Counted from the first letter of the stretch, positions 1 to 9,816 are shown. The stretch: DNA of 64,000 nucleotides from a virus (IMGVR_UViG_3300038443_002533:64001-128000); one strand, 5' to 3'. Translations and numbers: made by a program. Notes: generated by a model not told the origin, from the letters alone.

Positions 1-2
1 GT

Positions 3-737
3 TTTTCGCACACCTACATTAACGTTGATGGCAAAGTAATCGATCAGGATAAGCAACTCTGTCGATTACCGCTCTTGGTGGATTGGGGCTATCTGCAAAT
101 ATACGCAGAGAAACGAACGATCTTTGTTCACCGATTGCTCGCCATGACATTTTTGGAAACTCCAGATTCTATCGAAGGATTGCAAGTTAATCACATCGAC
201 GGTGTGAAAGCGAACAATGCGATTTCGAATTTGGAATGGGTTACGAGAAGTGAGAACTGTCTGCACGCGTATCAAACAGGCTTGCGTGATGAAAACACGC
301 CAGTTCTGGTAAAGGATTTGTACGATGGATCAGTTACCAGGTACTATAGCCTACACGCATGCGCCAGAGCGTTCAACGTGTTGCCAGAAGTAGTGTTCAA
401 CCACCTGAGAGACTACAACTACGGTAAGATCTCGTGGAAACATTACGTTCTTATTCGAGAAGGTCAGGAATGGCCAACGATCGATGAAGATTTAATTGGT
501 TCACATCGGAACGGTTACCCCAAATGCATTGGTGCTGTGCACCAAGAGCATAAGAAGATCATGATCTTCGATAGCATCGGTGATGCGTCGGAGTATTTTG
601 GTTGGAAAAACAATACGCTAGGAATGCACATGCGTCGCTATGGTTCAAGACCGCGCGATGGATGGACGTTCTGGTTTATTGAAGGGGAAAAATGGTACAA
701 CAAACAGGGTGAAGTATTTACAGGAATTGTTGAATAA
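3..737 (+). CDS. Intron-encoded HNH homing endonuclease (I-HmuI/NUMOD4-HNH type), 5' truncated
   Basis: Frame open from position 3; VHRLLAMTF...VNHIDGVKANNAISNLEWVTRSEN HNH motif; two C-terminal NUMOD1/IENR1-like HTH repeats. Confidence 0.92.
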   Translation, partial: FSHTYINVDGKVIDQDKQLCRLPLLVDWGYLQIYAEKRTIFVHRLLAMTFLETPDSIEGLQVNHIDGVKANNAISNLEWVTRSENCLHAYQTGLRDENTPVLVKDLYDGSVTRYYSLHACARAFNVLPEVVFNHLRDYNYGKISWKHYVLIREGQEWPTIDEDLIGSHRNGYPKCIGAVHQEHKKIMIFDSIGDASEYFGWKNNTLGMHMRRYGSRPRDGWTFWFIEGEKWYNKQGEVFTGIVE

Positions 738-1097
738 ACAGTCCTACTCGCTAGAAATGGCGAGCTAGTATCTCCTTAATTGCTGGAAACTCTCGTTAGA
801 CCAATGAGCTACAACGTAACTGGAAACAGTAAGCGTGAATGCTTGAGAATCATTGGGTAGAGACAATCAGCAGCGAAGTTCCTAATGGATTTACGTAACC
901 AATCGTAGTGATATCCTAAGGAAAACGTTCAACGACTAACCCGTAGCGGGGTGTAGGGTCTCAAGCGAGATTCGAAATAGGAGACACCTAAACTCAAAAA
1001 AGAGTAGGTGAAGATATAGTCTGCTCCCCATGGAGACATGGGGCGGGTGTCTGAGCACACCGAGTGAGGAGATAAAGCGACCTCACTGGACACTAGG
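738..1097 (+). ncRNA. Group I ribozyme core
   Basis: P2 747-764 (GAAA loop); P3 TCTCCT 771-776/AGGAGA 979-984; P4 TGCTGG 781-786/TCAGCA 867-872; P7 GACTA 934-938/TAGTC 1017-1021; P7.1, P7.2, P8; P9 1026-1043 (GAGA loop); P9.1, P9.2; P9.0 places omega-G at 1097. Confidence 0.92.
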
Positions 1098-1337
1098 TAT
1101 GACGGCGATGAGATGAATCTCACGTTGTTGTTGGACGACTACATGGCCAGCCGCTTCGAAGCCATGGCACCGTACCGCAGCACGATGTCCACTGCACGCC
1201 CCCGTGAAATTTCGGGTAATCTGTCCAAAACCAAACCATGGATTTCAACCGCAGCGAATTTCATTGAGGCAGCCCCCAACCTGCCCGTGGATCCGGAAAT
1301 CTATCAGCGGATGATGGCTTTGCCCGATGCAGCGTAA
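1098..1337 (+). CDS. 3' exon of non-virion RNA polymerase beta' N-terminal subunit (phiKZ gp55-gp56.1 equivalent)
   Basis: Begins YDGDEMN, the second half of the catalytic DxDGD motif; frame is closed upstream by TGA at 1065, so it needs splicing. Confidence 0.85.
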   Translation, partial: YDGDEMNLTLLLDDYMASRFEAMAPYRSTMSTARPREISGNLSKTKPWISTAANFIEAAPNLPVDPEIYQRMMALPDAA

Positions 1338-1368
1338 CGTGTAACACTTAAAAGGAAAGGAGTTTCAC

Positions 1369-1590
1369 ATGAGTCAAGAAGTGCAAGAGGACGGCATCGT
1401 GAAGAAGAACCAACTCAAGCAGTTCGAGGTGAAGACCTTCGAAAAGCGTACGGTGGAATTCGGCACGAGCGCGTTTCCGCTCGATCTGTATGGCGGGGAC
1501 TCCCCGTCACCGGTCGGGTACAAAATCACCGACGTGTTCGGTGGTATGGGAGTAGTTTGCAAAATCCATCCGGATGACAAGGAGCAGTAA
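1369..1590 (+). CDS. Small hypothetical protein
   Basis: Strong SD (AAGGAG) upstream; TAATG overlap with next gene. Confidence 0.7.
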   Translation: MSQEVQEDGIVKKNQLKQFEVKTFEKRTVEFGTSAFPLDLYGGDSPSPVGYKITDVFGGMGVVCKIHPDDKEQ

Positions 1591-2219
1591 TGGCAAGCTT
1601 GATTTACGGCGGGGAAGCAGAACTCAATCTGTTTATCGCCGGCGAGCCCCACCCAGCGATGCTGCGGTACGCCCAGGAGCAAGCCACAGCTATCGGGAGC
1701 TATATCCAACGGACCGGCAACAAATTCGCCCAAGGCGTTGTCGATGCGTACCACTCGCTGTACAGCGATGAGGCGTTGCACCGGGCTCGGGTCGGTGTGG
1801 CGCGCGTCAAGAGCTACTTCCAGGATGACCGCATTCGCCAAATCACCTCGATCTACGAGATGCAACAAGCCCAACCCATGATGCAGCGTTTCATCATGGC
1901 TGAGCCGACCATCGGGAAGATGTACGATCAAGGCCGCTGCGAAGGTTATGGTTACCCTGCCCCGTTCCCAGGACAGTACGGGGAAGACAACTATAACTGG
2001 CGTCGCGTCATGGATGGCGTGATCCAAACCCAGGAACCGACGGAAGACAACCCGCACGGTGGCTGGGAAGCGGTGACGTATCTGGAGGAACTGATGGAAG
2101 GCGACCGGAACTTGATTCTGATCGAGCAAAAATCTATCGTCAACACGTGGGAGTCGCTGAAATACTCGCTCGCACGTTCGATGGTGGACCCAGTCTCGAA
2201 GACGGGCGAAAGTCTGTAA
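1590..2219 (+). CDS. Conserved phiKZ-like hypothetical protein (position fits the gp59 region)
   Basis: 209 aa, genome-typical codon usage; function only by synteny. Confidence 0.6.
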   Translation: MASLIYGGEAELNLFIAGEPHPAMLRYAQEQATAIGSYIQRTGNKFAQGVVDAYHSLYSDEALHRARVGVARVKSYFQDDRIRQITSIYEMQQAQPMMQRFIMAEPTIGKMYDQGRCEGYGYPAPFPGQYGEDNYNWRRVMDGVIQTQEPTEDNPHGGWEAVTYLEELMEGDRNLILIEQKSIVNTWESLKYSLARSMVDPVSKTGESL

Positions 2220-2229
2220 ACGTACCACC

Positions 2230-2272
2230 CTGCCCGCTACCCAGTTGGGTAGCGGGCAGCGGTGATCGTATG
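2230..2272 (+). terminator. Stem-loop followed by TATG and a T-tract
   Basis: 13-bp stem 2230-2242/2247-2259; TATG 2269-2272; T-run after. Confidence 0.75.
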
Positions 2273-2307
2273 AATTCTTTTTTTGTTTTCGACCCCCTGG
2301 AGGCCGT

Positions 2308-2730
2308 ATGTCGAGCATCAAACCTTATGCCAGCCTGTCGTCCAAAGGCTATATCTACAACATCGTCGAGAAGACTGACCGCTTGATGGCGGTATTCTTC
2401 GCGTCGGACGCCAATCAAGACCACCAGTTCAAAGGCACCATCGCCAACCTCTCGATCCTGCTGAAAGAATGCGGCAACGATATGCTGCGCCTGCGGGAAC
2501 GGCTGCAAGCGACCCTGGAGAACTATCTGGGCCGGATGTATGAAAACGTCGTGGTACAAGTCGATGATGATACCACCACCAACTATTCCAACCGGGTGAA
2601 TATGACCATCAAGATCATGGTCACCGAGGCGGGACAGCGTTACGATGTCGGACAAATCCTGACGCTTATAGACGGCAAATTTGAAAAAATTACGACTCTT
2701 AATAATACAGGCAAAGCCAACTATCTGTAA
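2308..2730 (+). CDS. Conserved hypothetical protein, possibly T4 gp25-like fold
   Basis: 140 aa with SD GGAGG; fold guess is weak. Confidence 0.55.
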   Translation: MSSIKPYASLSSKGYIYNIVEKTDRLMAVFFASDANQDHQFKGTIANLSILLKECGNDMLRLRERLQATLENYLGRMYENVVVQVDDDTTTNYSNRVNMTIKIMVTEAGQRYDVGQILTLIDGKFEKITTLNNTGKANYL

Positions 2731-2742
2731 AGGAAACCCGCC

Positions 2743-3324
2743 ATGCACCTCGATCCGGTTACCCGAGATTTGACCCGCCTCATCGACGACATCGATCAAA
2801 ACTTCACCCGCGCCAGCATCAACAACGCAGTGGTGCTCGAATCGTTTTTCGTTGAAGTGTTCCTGCCGATGTTCGCCGGTGACGCCAATCCGCCGCACAA
2901 AGTCACCCCGGAAATGTGGATGAACGTCGCGCGTGGGCCGTTCAACGAAGTTACGGTGGTCAATGCCGCCAACGAAGTGTTGTTCACGGTTCCCGCCTTG
3001 TGCAGCCAAGAAGCCATCAAGCCGCTCGACGGTACGCGCCAAGACGCCCACATGCCGTCGCTATCGGGTCCGCTGCAAGCGGCCAGCATGTACGCGGGTC
3101 ATGGTCAAAACGCCGTCCAGAACTTCATCGCCCGTGAACTCACCAGCCGTGCGTTCATGTTCCGTACCAACACCATGTCGCAGCCGAACATCGAACGGTG
3201 GAACGCGATCTTCACGCGTTATAACCGCCCTCTTTTACCCACAACCGCCACTGCGGCGGCTGCCGCCACCTCCAGCCATGCCGACCATCTATCCCGAGAC
3301 AGCGACGAATTCGACCCCCTCTGA
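2743..3324 (+). CDS. Conserved hypothetical protein
   Basis: 193 aa, SD AAGGA, typical codon usage. Confidence 0.65.
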   Translation: MHLDPVTRDLTRLIDDIDQNFTRASINNAVVLESFFVEVFLPMFAGDANPPHKVTPEMWMNVARGPFNEVTVVNAANEVLFTVPALCSQEAIKPLDGTRQDAHMPSLSGPLQAASMYAGHGQNAVQNFIARELTSRAFMFRTNTMSQPNIERWNAIFTRYNRPLLPTTATAAAAATSSHADHLSRDSDEFDPL

Positions 3325-4552
3325 CACCGCCCCGCTGCAACTGCGCCGTTTTAAAACCGGCGGGTTCTATTACGCGGTCTTCAGTGACATTCACTTTGGC
3401 CATAACCGTAATCCCGCCTCCCGTATTGCTGCCAACTGGATGTTGGCTTTACCCGATGATGCTGAGACCGCCAGCCTGGATGTGATCTTTATCGCCGGGG
3501 ATTTGTTTGATAACCTGATGATGTTCAACGACGCCGATATCTTCGAAGTCAAACTCTTCATCAGCTATCTGCTCAAACTGTGCAAAAAGCACAACATCAA
3601 GTTACGCATCCTGGAAGGCACGCCGCTGCACGATCGAGCCCAGTCCAAGTACGTGCCGATGGAAAACCAGATCAACGAGATCGGCGCGGATTTGAAGTAC
3701 ATCGACACCATCGATATCGAATACATCGAGGACCTCGGGATCCATGTGTTGTATATCCCGGATGAACCACCGGGTGGCTCGGGTCCGACGCTGCACACGG
3801 TGAAAGACTTGCTGCGCGCCCGAGGCATCGAACAAGTTGATATCGCGATCATGCACGGGTTGTTCCGCTTCCAGATCGAATACGTCGACAGTTCGATCAC
3901 CCACGACGAGCAAGAGTATCTGAAAATCGTCAAGCACAACATCAGCATCGGGCATGACCACACCGCCAAGAGCTTTGAGCAAGACGGCCATGGGATCTAT
4001 GTCCAAGGTTCGTTCGACCGCTTGGGGCATGGCTACGAAACCCCCAAAGGGCATATGCGCTTTAAGTGGATGCCGGATGGCTCGTGGCAAGTGCGCTTTA
4101 TCGAGAACACCCGCGCCATGCGCTTCGATACGCTCGATTGTACCGGCCTGTCGTTGGAAGACACGTATGCGTTGATCAACCAACGCGTCGGGGAATTACC
4201 TGACTTTTCCCATATCCGCATCAAAGCCGAAGCCGGGCATCCGGTGTTCAGTAACATGGAAGTGTTGCTGCGCATGGCGCCGCTGTTGAATTGGAAAAAG
4301 GAACCGGTACGGGACAAGACCAAAGCGATTGCGCCCGTGGCCGAAACCGATACACGTTTTGTGCCGATCCGCATCACTCCGGACAACATCGCCAGTTTGA
4401 TCTTGGAAAAGATCGCCAGCGAAGGCGCCTCTGGTGCGATTATGGACGCCTCGGTGGAGTTGCTGCAAGATCTGTTTGGCGCACCCCCAGCCCCAACTCG
4501 ACCGGCCCTCCAACCCGCTTGGGGTGATGAAGAAGATGACCTAAGGAGGTAA
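3278..4552 (+). CDS. sbcD: SbcD/Mre11-like metallophosphoesterase nuclease
   Basis: FSDIHFG, IAGDLFD, EGTPLHD, MHG, IGHDH motifs; ATG 3278 preferred over ORF-track start 2933. Confidence 0.88.
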   Translation: MPTIYPETATNSTPSDTAPLQLRRFKTGGFYYAVFSDIHFGHNRNPASRIAANWMLALPDDAETASLDVIFIAGDLFDNLMMFNDADIFEVKLFISYLLKLCKKHNIKLRILEGTPLHDRAQSKYVPMENQINEIGADLKYIDTIDIEYIEDLGIHVLYIPDEPPGGSGPTLHTVKDLLRARGIEQVDIAIMHGLFRFQIEYVDSSITHDEQEYLKIVKHNISIGHDHTAKSFEQDGHGIYVQGSFDRLGHGYETPKGHMRFKWMPDGSWQVRFIENTRAMRFDTLDCTGLSLEDTYALINQRVGELPDFSHIRIKAEAGHPVFSNMEVLLRMAPLLNWKKEPVRDKTKAIAPVAETDTRFVPIRITPDNIASLILEKIASEGASGAIMDASVELLQDLFGAPPAPTRPALQPAWGDEEDDLRR

Positions 4553-4553
4553 G

Positions 4554-5423
4554 ATGGCGATAGAATACCAAACACAGGTGGCCAACAGCGCTGACCACCG
4601 GACCTTGGGTGTGCTCCCCTTGTCCGTCCCAACAGCGTTGGCGATCGAGCGCTTGTGTGGAATTCATCCGGATTTCCCGAACGAGTTTCACCAACCGCCG
4701 GTCAAAGCTTACAAAGAACTGTGGGTGAACCTGCGCACGCTGTACCGTAATTGCCTCGGTTCGATGTCGAAAGATATCGCGGACCGCATCTCATCCACGG
4801 AAATCGCTCAGATCGTGTATGAAGAGATGGCGATCATCCCGGACATGCTCCAGCACCATGTGGGCTACCCCGTCAAGGTCACGTATTACTTTAGCAAACT
4901 TAACCAATTGGAGCGCAAATACCCAGAAGCCGAACTACGGAAAGACAGCACCCCGAAACAACACCACAACCACCAGCGCTTGCTGGAGGTCATGAAAATC
5001 CTGGTGGCGGAGTGTCGCGACCAGTTTTTGGTGTTCGACGATCTGCCCCCAGGGGTCGCTGTCAAAACATTAATTTTAACGCACGTCGCTTATGATCTGT
5101 TGGCCGAAAAACATTTCGGTGAGTTGCACCTGATCGAGTCGCACACGGGTAAGATAAAGAACCGCGCCTTGTGGTACACCAAAATGTACGAAGGTAAGCT
5201 CTTGGCCCAGATTCCCTTTACGGAAGAACTGCTGCAAATCTTTGGTGATCTTGAAACCTTCTCCCCCCTGGATCACCGGATGCGCAAAGCGATTTTGCAA
5301 ATCGCGGAGAAACGTAACTGGAATGCCATGACCACCCGCGCTCGTATCTTGGACAATCTCAACGAATTGCCCAATCCAGCACATCTGCTCAAAGTCAAGA
5401 AAATTTTCAAGGTACTCATCTAA
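4554..5423 (+). CDS. Conserved hypothetical protein, possibly degenerate FEN/PIN-like fold
   Basis: 289 aa between sbcD and chmC; LWVNLRTLYRN and LILTHVAYDLL loosely echo FEN motifs but lack the acidic residues. Confidence 0.55.
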   Translation: MAIEYQTQVANSADHRTLGVLPLSVPTALAIERLCGIHPDFPNEFHQPPVKAYKELWVNLRTLYRNCLGSMSKDIADRISSTEIAQIVYEEMAIIPDMLQHHVGYPVKVTYYFSKLNQLERKYPEAELRKDSTPKQHHNHQRLLEVMKILVAECRDQFLVFDDLPPGVAVKTLILTHVAYDLLAEKHFGELHLIESHTGKIKNRALWYTKMYEGKLLAQIPFTEELLQIFGDLETFSPLDHRMRKAILQIAEKRNWNAMTTRARILDNLNELPNPAHLLKVKKIFKVLI

Positions 5424-5496
5424 AACGTAATGGAAAAATATCCATATACGCTATTGAATGTAGACCGCAACCCCTACCTCTTTTTAGGATGACAAC

Positions 5497-6285
5497 ATGG
5501 CTTATAACAACCAAGAGAAGGACAACCGTCCTGCCGCCCCCTTCGATCTGTTCGTGATGACGCTGTGGGCGCCGTCGACGGCTCCGGGCAAACGCGCAAT
5601 GTTCAAGGTCGAAGTCGACGCTGCTGGCCGCGTGACGTTCATGGTGCGTACGGGCGACCCGGCCGACAAAGAGAAAGCCAAAGACGGCGACGTCATCCGC
5701 ATGAAGCTGAACTTCTGGGATTTCGAGAAGGTCGTCAACCTGTTCGGCGACGTGGTGCGTGCCAAGGGCGAGATGAAGGTGGCGGTGGTCGAACAACAGT
5801 TCTTCCGCTTCAACAAGGAAACCAAACAACGCGAGCGTGTCGATACGCCGCGCGATGGCAACAAGCTGTTCTTCGTCAAGGATTCGGAAGGCAAGATCGC
5901 CGTCTCGCTGGTCCAGTACAACCGTCCGCAGATCGAATTCGGCTTCCTGGCCGAGCGTCCGGAATTCGTGTTCGCGCACGCCGACGGCACCAAGTTCAGC
6001 GATGCCGAGATGAGCCAATCGGGCGCCCGCGCCTACCACAAGCTGCTGGGCGAACTGCAATCGCGCATCCAATCCTCGCTGATCCGCCAACACCAGGTGC
6101 CGGACCAGTACAAACCGCCGTACGTGCCGCAGCAACAAGGTGGCGGCGGTAACGGCTACCAGAACCAAAACCGCGGTGGCGGCCAGGGCGGCGGTAGCGG
6201 TTACAACAACGGTGGCGGTCAAGCACGTCCGCAGCAAGCCGCGGTCGTGGCCGTCGATGACATGGACGACGATATCCCGTATTGA
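5497..6285 (+). CDS. chmC: ChmC-like (phiKZ gp67/Imp6) Whirly-type nucleic-acid-binding phage nucleus protein with SSB-like tail
   Basis: Immediately upstream of the gp68/PicA homologues; KDSEGKIAVSLVQYNRPQIEF and HADGTKFSDAE motifs; Gly/Gln/Asn-rich tail ending DDMDDDIPY. Confidence 0.75.
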   Translation: MAYNNQEKDNRPAAPFDLFVMTLWAPSTAPGKRAMFKVEVDAAGRVTFMVRTGDPADKEKAKDGDVIRMKLNFWDFEKVVNLFGDVVRAKGEMKVAVVEQQFFRFNKETKQRERVDTPRDGNKLFFVKDSEGKIAVSLVQYNRPQIEFGFLAERPEFVFAHADGTKFSDAEMSQSGARAYHKLLGELQSRIQSSLIRQHQVPDQYKPPYVPQQQGGGGNGYQNQNRGGGQGGGSGYNNGGGQARPQQAAVVAVDDMDDDIPY

Positions 6286-6303
6286 TGTGATCTAATTAGT
6301 ACC

Positions 6304-6331
6304 GCGCGGCTTTCGGGCCGCGTGGGCTATG
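6304..6331 (+). terminator. UUCG stem-loop followed by TATG(CC)
   Basis: GCGCGGC-TTTCGG-GCCGCGT then TATG 6328-6331; no T-tract. Confidence 0.6.
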
Positions 6332-6356
6332 CCTTCATGGGGCCCTAAAAGAATTG

Positions 6357-6373
6357 AAGCATATATAACTAAA
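6357..6373 (+). promoter_or_regulatory. Candidate phage-RNAP promoter AAGCATATATAACTAAA
   Basis: 15/17 identical to 11657-11673; both end 58 nt before an nvRNAP subunit ORF start. Confidence 0.55.
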
Positions 6374-6430
6374 CTGCATAACTAAGAATAGTGGTGCCCA
6401 GGATATCACCCATCAATAAGGAGTTCAACC

Positions 6431-8119
6431 GTGCGATTTCGAAAAGAGTATGCGCCGAAATCCTCCACAATCGTCATCGAACATGCTGGCCAAGAGCTGG
6501 TGTGGGATGTGAAGATTCTGGAACGCAGCAACAAAAAACCGCAGCGTGGGAAAGCGGAAGAGGATGACGGCATCGAGCGTTTGCCGTTTGATCCGTTCTT
6601 CCACGTCAACCAGTACCTCAACCAACTCCCCTTACAAAAACAAAACGATCTCTTCGAAGCCTATCGCAACATCCGCGAGATCTTGGAACCGTATGCGCAT
6701 GATTCGATCAAGGATCTGCGTAAGCGCATTCCGCCGTACCTGCAAAAGATCTTCCTGATCTGCCCGCCGGACGACGTGGCCAAGTGGGTGCACCTGACCC
6801 CGACCATCGTGTTCCCCAACGGCATCAGAGTGTACGACACGTACGAAGAATCGGCCGAACATGGCGAAGGCTTTGGCCTCCGCAACCGTCCCGCTGACGC
6901 CACCTACATCAAGGGGGATTACTGGGGCTTGGTGGTGCTGGTGATGTTGGCACGGTTGTTGGTGCCAGTTTGGGGCCAGTTCCTGGAAAACATCAACGAA
7001 GAAGTCAACAATCAGTTCAAGGAGATCTACGCGCTGCGTCTGGCCTCGAACACGGCGTTGACCATGACCGACGGCTACGCCCGCCTCGAAGCATACATCG
7101 GTCGGTATCTGACGCCGGAGAAATTCAAGAACTCGGCCATGGAAGGTTCGGTACCGCGTGAAGATGCACCGTTCCAAACCTTGGCGATCTTGATCGTGCG
7201 GCGTTTGGCCTGGGTGGACTTCTCCGGTAGCGATCCGAGCTTCTCGCTGATTGGTCGGGTCTACTCGTTCATCGAGCAGCATCTGGAAGGTGCCGATCGT
7301 CAGTTCAACGAACGGGTCAAACCGAAGATCCCGGAAAGCGGTGCTGGCGGGAGCGACCAAGAAAACCGGGCCTCGGTGTCGGAACTGATCAAGATCCGCG
7401 AACCGTATTCGGCCGGCGACTTAACCTTGCCGGAAGCCTGTGCCCGCAGCCCCGAGATGTTCTTGCCGCGTATGCATCCCGAGATGGATGAAACCTGGTT
7501 GCAACTCGGCCTCAAAGCCGTGGAACCGCTCAAGCGTCATCGGCCGCAGCAAGTCCAGTTTACCATCCTGCAAAACGTTCTGGGCGCCGAATGCCGGCAA
7601 CTCGATGGCCAGTGGGAAGTCGATCCCAAGTTCCGTGAACGCTGGGATGCATTGTTCCCGCCACGCGCTATCGACGAGATGAATCTGGTGGAAGACTTGA
7701 ACATGATGGCAGTCGGTACCGCGTTGCTGTGCTACAACGGCTTCTACGATATCGCTGCGATCATGACCGGCACCCCGGCCAAAGACCGTGAAGGCAATCC
7801 CCTGGGCAGCAGCCCACCCCCTGCTGAACTGACGGACGCCAACCTGGCGGCACTCGCCGCACAATTCCCTTACACCCAACGCAAGGAAGGAAAACGCCGC
7901 ACCGACAACCCGACCAGCCCCAAGCTGCCGAATGTCGCGGTGCGTTTGATCAATAACATCACCCAAGACGTGGCAAAATACCAGTGGCTCTTGAATCTCC
8001 CGCCGCAGTGGCTCAAACAACTGCCGGGACATGATGGTAGCCGCCGCTATGTTGTCAAGCCCGATTTTCGCAACCGCTTTGCGGAACTCGCAACCCGCAT
8101 CGCTACCCGTGCTCTTTAA
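6431..8119 (+). CDS. Non-virion RNA polymerase sigma-like subunit (phiKZ gp68-like)
   Basis: 562 aa helical protein in the canonical slot between chmC and picA; GTG start with SD AAGGAG. Confidence 0.7.
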   Translation: MRFRKEYAPKSSTIVIEHAGQELVWDVKILERSNKKPQRGKAEEDDGIERLPFDPFFHVNQYLNQLPLQKQNDLFEAYRNIREILEPYAHDSIKDLRKRIPPYLQKIFLICPPDDVAKWVHLTPTIVFPNGIRVYDTYEESAEHGEGFGLRNRPADATYIKGDYWGLVVLVMLARLLVPVWGQFLENINEEVNNQFKEIYALRLASNTALTMTDGYARLEAYIGRYLTPEKFKNSAMEGSVPREDAPFQTLAILIVRRLAWVDFSGSDPSFSLIGRVYSFIEQHLEGADRQFNERVKPKIPESGAGGSDQENRASVSELIKIREPYSAGDLTLPEACARSPEMFLPRMHPEMDETWLQLGLKAVEPLKRHRPQQVQFTILQNVLGAECRQLDGQWEVDPKFRERWDALFPPRAIDEMNLVEDLNMMAVGTALLCYNGFYDIAAIMTGTPAKDREGNPLGSSPPPAELTDANLAALAAQFPYTQRKEGKRRTDNPTSPKLPNVAVRLINNITQDVAKYQWLLNLPPQWLKQLPGHDGSRRYVVKPDFRNRFAELATRIATRAL

Positions 8120-8142
8120 TAGATCGACCAGGAGATTTCACC

Positions 8143-9807
8143 ATGTCGTACAACGATCCGTACAACCACCAGCCGTTCAACCCGCATCAAGCCTACAGCG
8201 ATCCGCTCGAACAACGCATCCAGCCGACCTTCCCCTCGAAGGCCACGCAGATTCAAGTGGAAGAACTGATGGTGGTTCCAACGGGCACGTACCAGCCGCA
8301 ATTCCGCCGTCCGTTCATCACCGACCTGAACAACGGCAACATGCAGCAAGTGCATGACGTGGTCAGCCACGCTTACCGGGAATTCCGCCAACGCCAGGAA
8401 TTCGGCGCGATTGACCCGATGGCACACTACCAAGTCAATCCGATGGATCTGGCGCCGGTGTCGGCCAACTTCATCGCACCGTCGTCCTGGCAAGAAGCGC
8501 CGGCGCGGCTGAACCTGGCTGCCGGCCTGCACATGCAAACCGCACGCTTCCTCCTGCGTATCGCGGTGTATCGCCATGGCGCGGTGGAACCGCAGCGCTT
8601 CCTCATGACGGGTTACACCAACTTCATGGGGATCATCCAAAAGCAGATGCGTGCTGGCCTGAACAACAGCGACTTCACGCTCGATCCGCAGATGGAACTC
8701 ACCATCAACTCGGTGATGGAAGTGGTGAAGGGTACCGTGAACGGTCCGTATGGGCCGGAAACGACCTGGCACATGGTGAGCGTGCACCAGGTGCTGTTCG
8801 ACACCAACTTCCAGAACGTGGACAACCCGGCGGTGATCCGTATGCGGCCGTACGAAGTGGCAGCGACGCTGTCGCGCATGAACGATCCGGCCCTGAGCAA
8901 GCGCGGTATCAGCACCACCGATACCCGCAACATCCAGACCGGCTCGCCAGTGTTTTCGGATATTCATAACCTCAATCCGAATAACTACATGGCCACGATC
9001 ATCGGCGGCTTGACCACCGGGCGGGATATCGCAGCCAAGTCGGGCGGTAACTCGCTGCTGGAACCGTACACCCAAGCCACGCGGATCGTGCGCGATCCGT
9101 CCACCCAGGACGATCCGTTCCTGAAAGCGTTGGCCTCGTTCGGTAGCGGGTTGGTGTCGCCGACCTTCAAGTTCCGTGACCTGCTGATGCTCGATCCGAA
9201 CGCCGAAAGTGACCAGGTGCTGAAGATCAACCTGCGTGACTACAACGCGTACAAGAATCGCCGTGGTGAAAACATGGCGGTCGGGGAAGACACCTCGGCT
9301 TGGCATGGTCAGGATCTTCAGACCCAGTGGGCGGTGCAGATCAACAACATCCTGTCGCCGCTGATGATGGATCTGGGCCTGCGTCGCCTCGATCTGTTCG
9401 CGTCGAACCTGCACGGTGAAACCATCTGTCGCGCCACCAACGGGCTGCCATTCATGCCGGGTGTGAATCCGGTGCCGCAACTCGAATCACTGAGCCATTT
9501 GTTCTACGAACAGTTCGTGCGTCCGGTGACCGGTGATGGCCGCTGGCATGGTTACAGTATCGACATCGCGGCCGATCTGTATGGCGATATCGTCACCAAC
9601 CTCACCATCGACGACAAGCCCCTGCGTCCGTATGTGTACCCGGCCTTCATGTCGGCGGGTATGCCACCGGTGCTGACCTCGCAACCCGACACGCTCGACC
9701 AGGTCGCGACCCAGTTCTACAATCTGCAACAGGCCGTCACCCCGGCGATCGACCCGCTGATTACGGACCTGGCATACCAAGCCACGCCGTCGGGCACCCG
9801 CTACTAA
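8143..9807 (+). CDS. picA: PicA/Imp1-like phage nucleus protein-import factor (phiKZ gp69-like)
   Basis: 554 aa; TGTYQPQFRRPF, TGYTN, MRPYEV motifs recalled for the family; synteny. Confidence 0.7.
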   Translation: MSYNDPYNHQPFNPHQAYSDPLEQRIQPTFPSKATQIQVEELMVVPTGTYQPQFRRPFITDLNNGNMQQVHDVVSHAYREFRQRQEFGAIDPMAHYQVNPMDLAPVSANFIAPSSWQEAPARLNLAAGLHMQTARFLLRIAVYRHGAVEPQRFLMTGYTNFMGIIQKQMRAGLNNSDFTLDPQMELTINSVMEVVKGTVNGPYGPETTWHMVSVHQVLFDTNFQNVDNPAVIRMRPYEVAATLSRMNDPALSKRGISTTDTRNIQTGSPVFSDIHNLNPNNYMATIIGGLTTGRDIAAKSGGNSLLEPYTQATRIVRDPSTQDDPFLKALASFGSGLVSPTFKFRDLLMLDPNAESDQVLKINLRDYNAYKNRRGENMAVGEDTSAWHGQDLQTQWAVQINNILSPLMMDLGLRRLDLFASNLHGETICRATNGLPFMPGVNPVPQLESLSHLFYEQFVRPVTGDGRWHGYSIDIAADLYGDIVTNLTIDDKPLRPYVYPAFMSAGMPPVLTSQPDTLDQVATQFYNLQQAVTPAIDPLITDLAYQATPSGTRY

Positions 9808-9816
9808 ATTCACCAA

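Larger units (their letters stand above)
1..1097 (+). mobile_element. Group I intron (IA2-like) with HNH homing endonuclease; 5' end lies upstream of the window
   Basis: HNH ORF followed by a complete ribozyme core; lower GC than flanks; exon resumes at 1098 with YDGDEMN. Confidence 0.9.

Noticed and set aside
2933-3277. N-terminal extension of the SbcD ORF
   Set aside because: Overlaps the real 2743-3324 gene in another frame with nonsense-like composition; ATG 3278 fits better.
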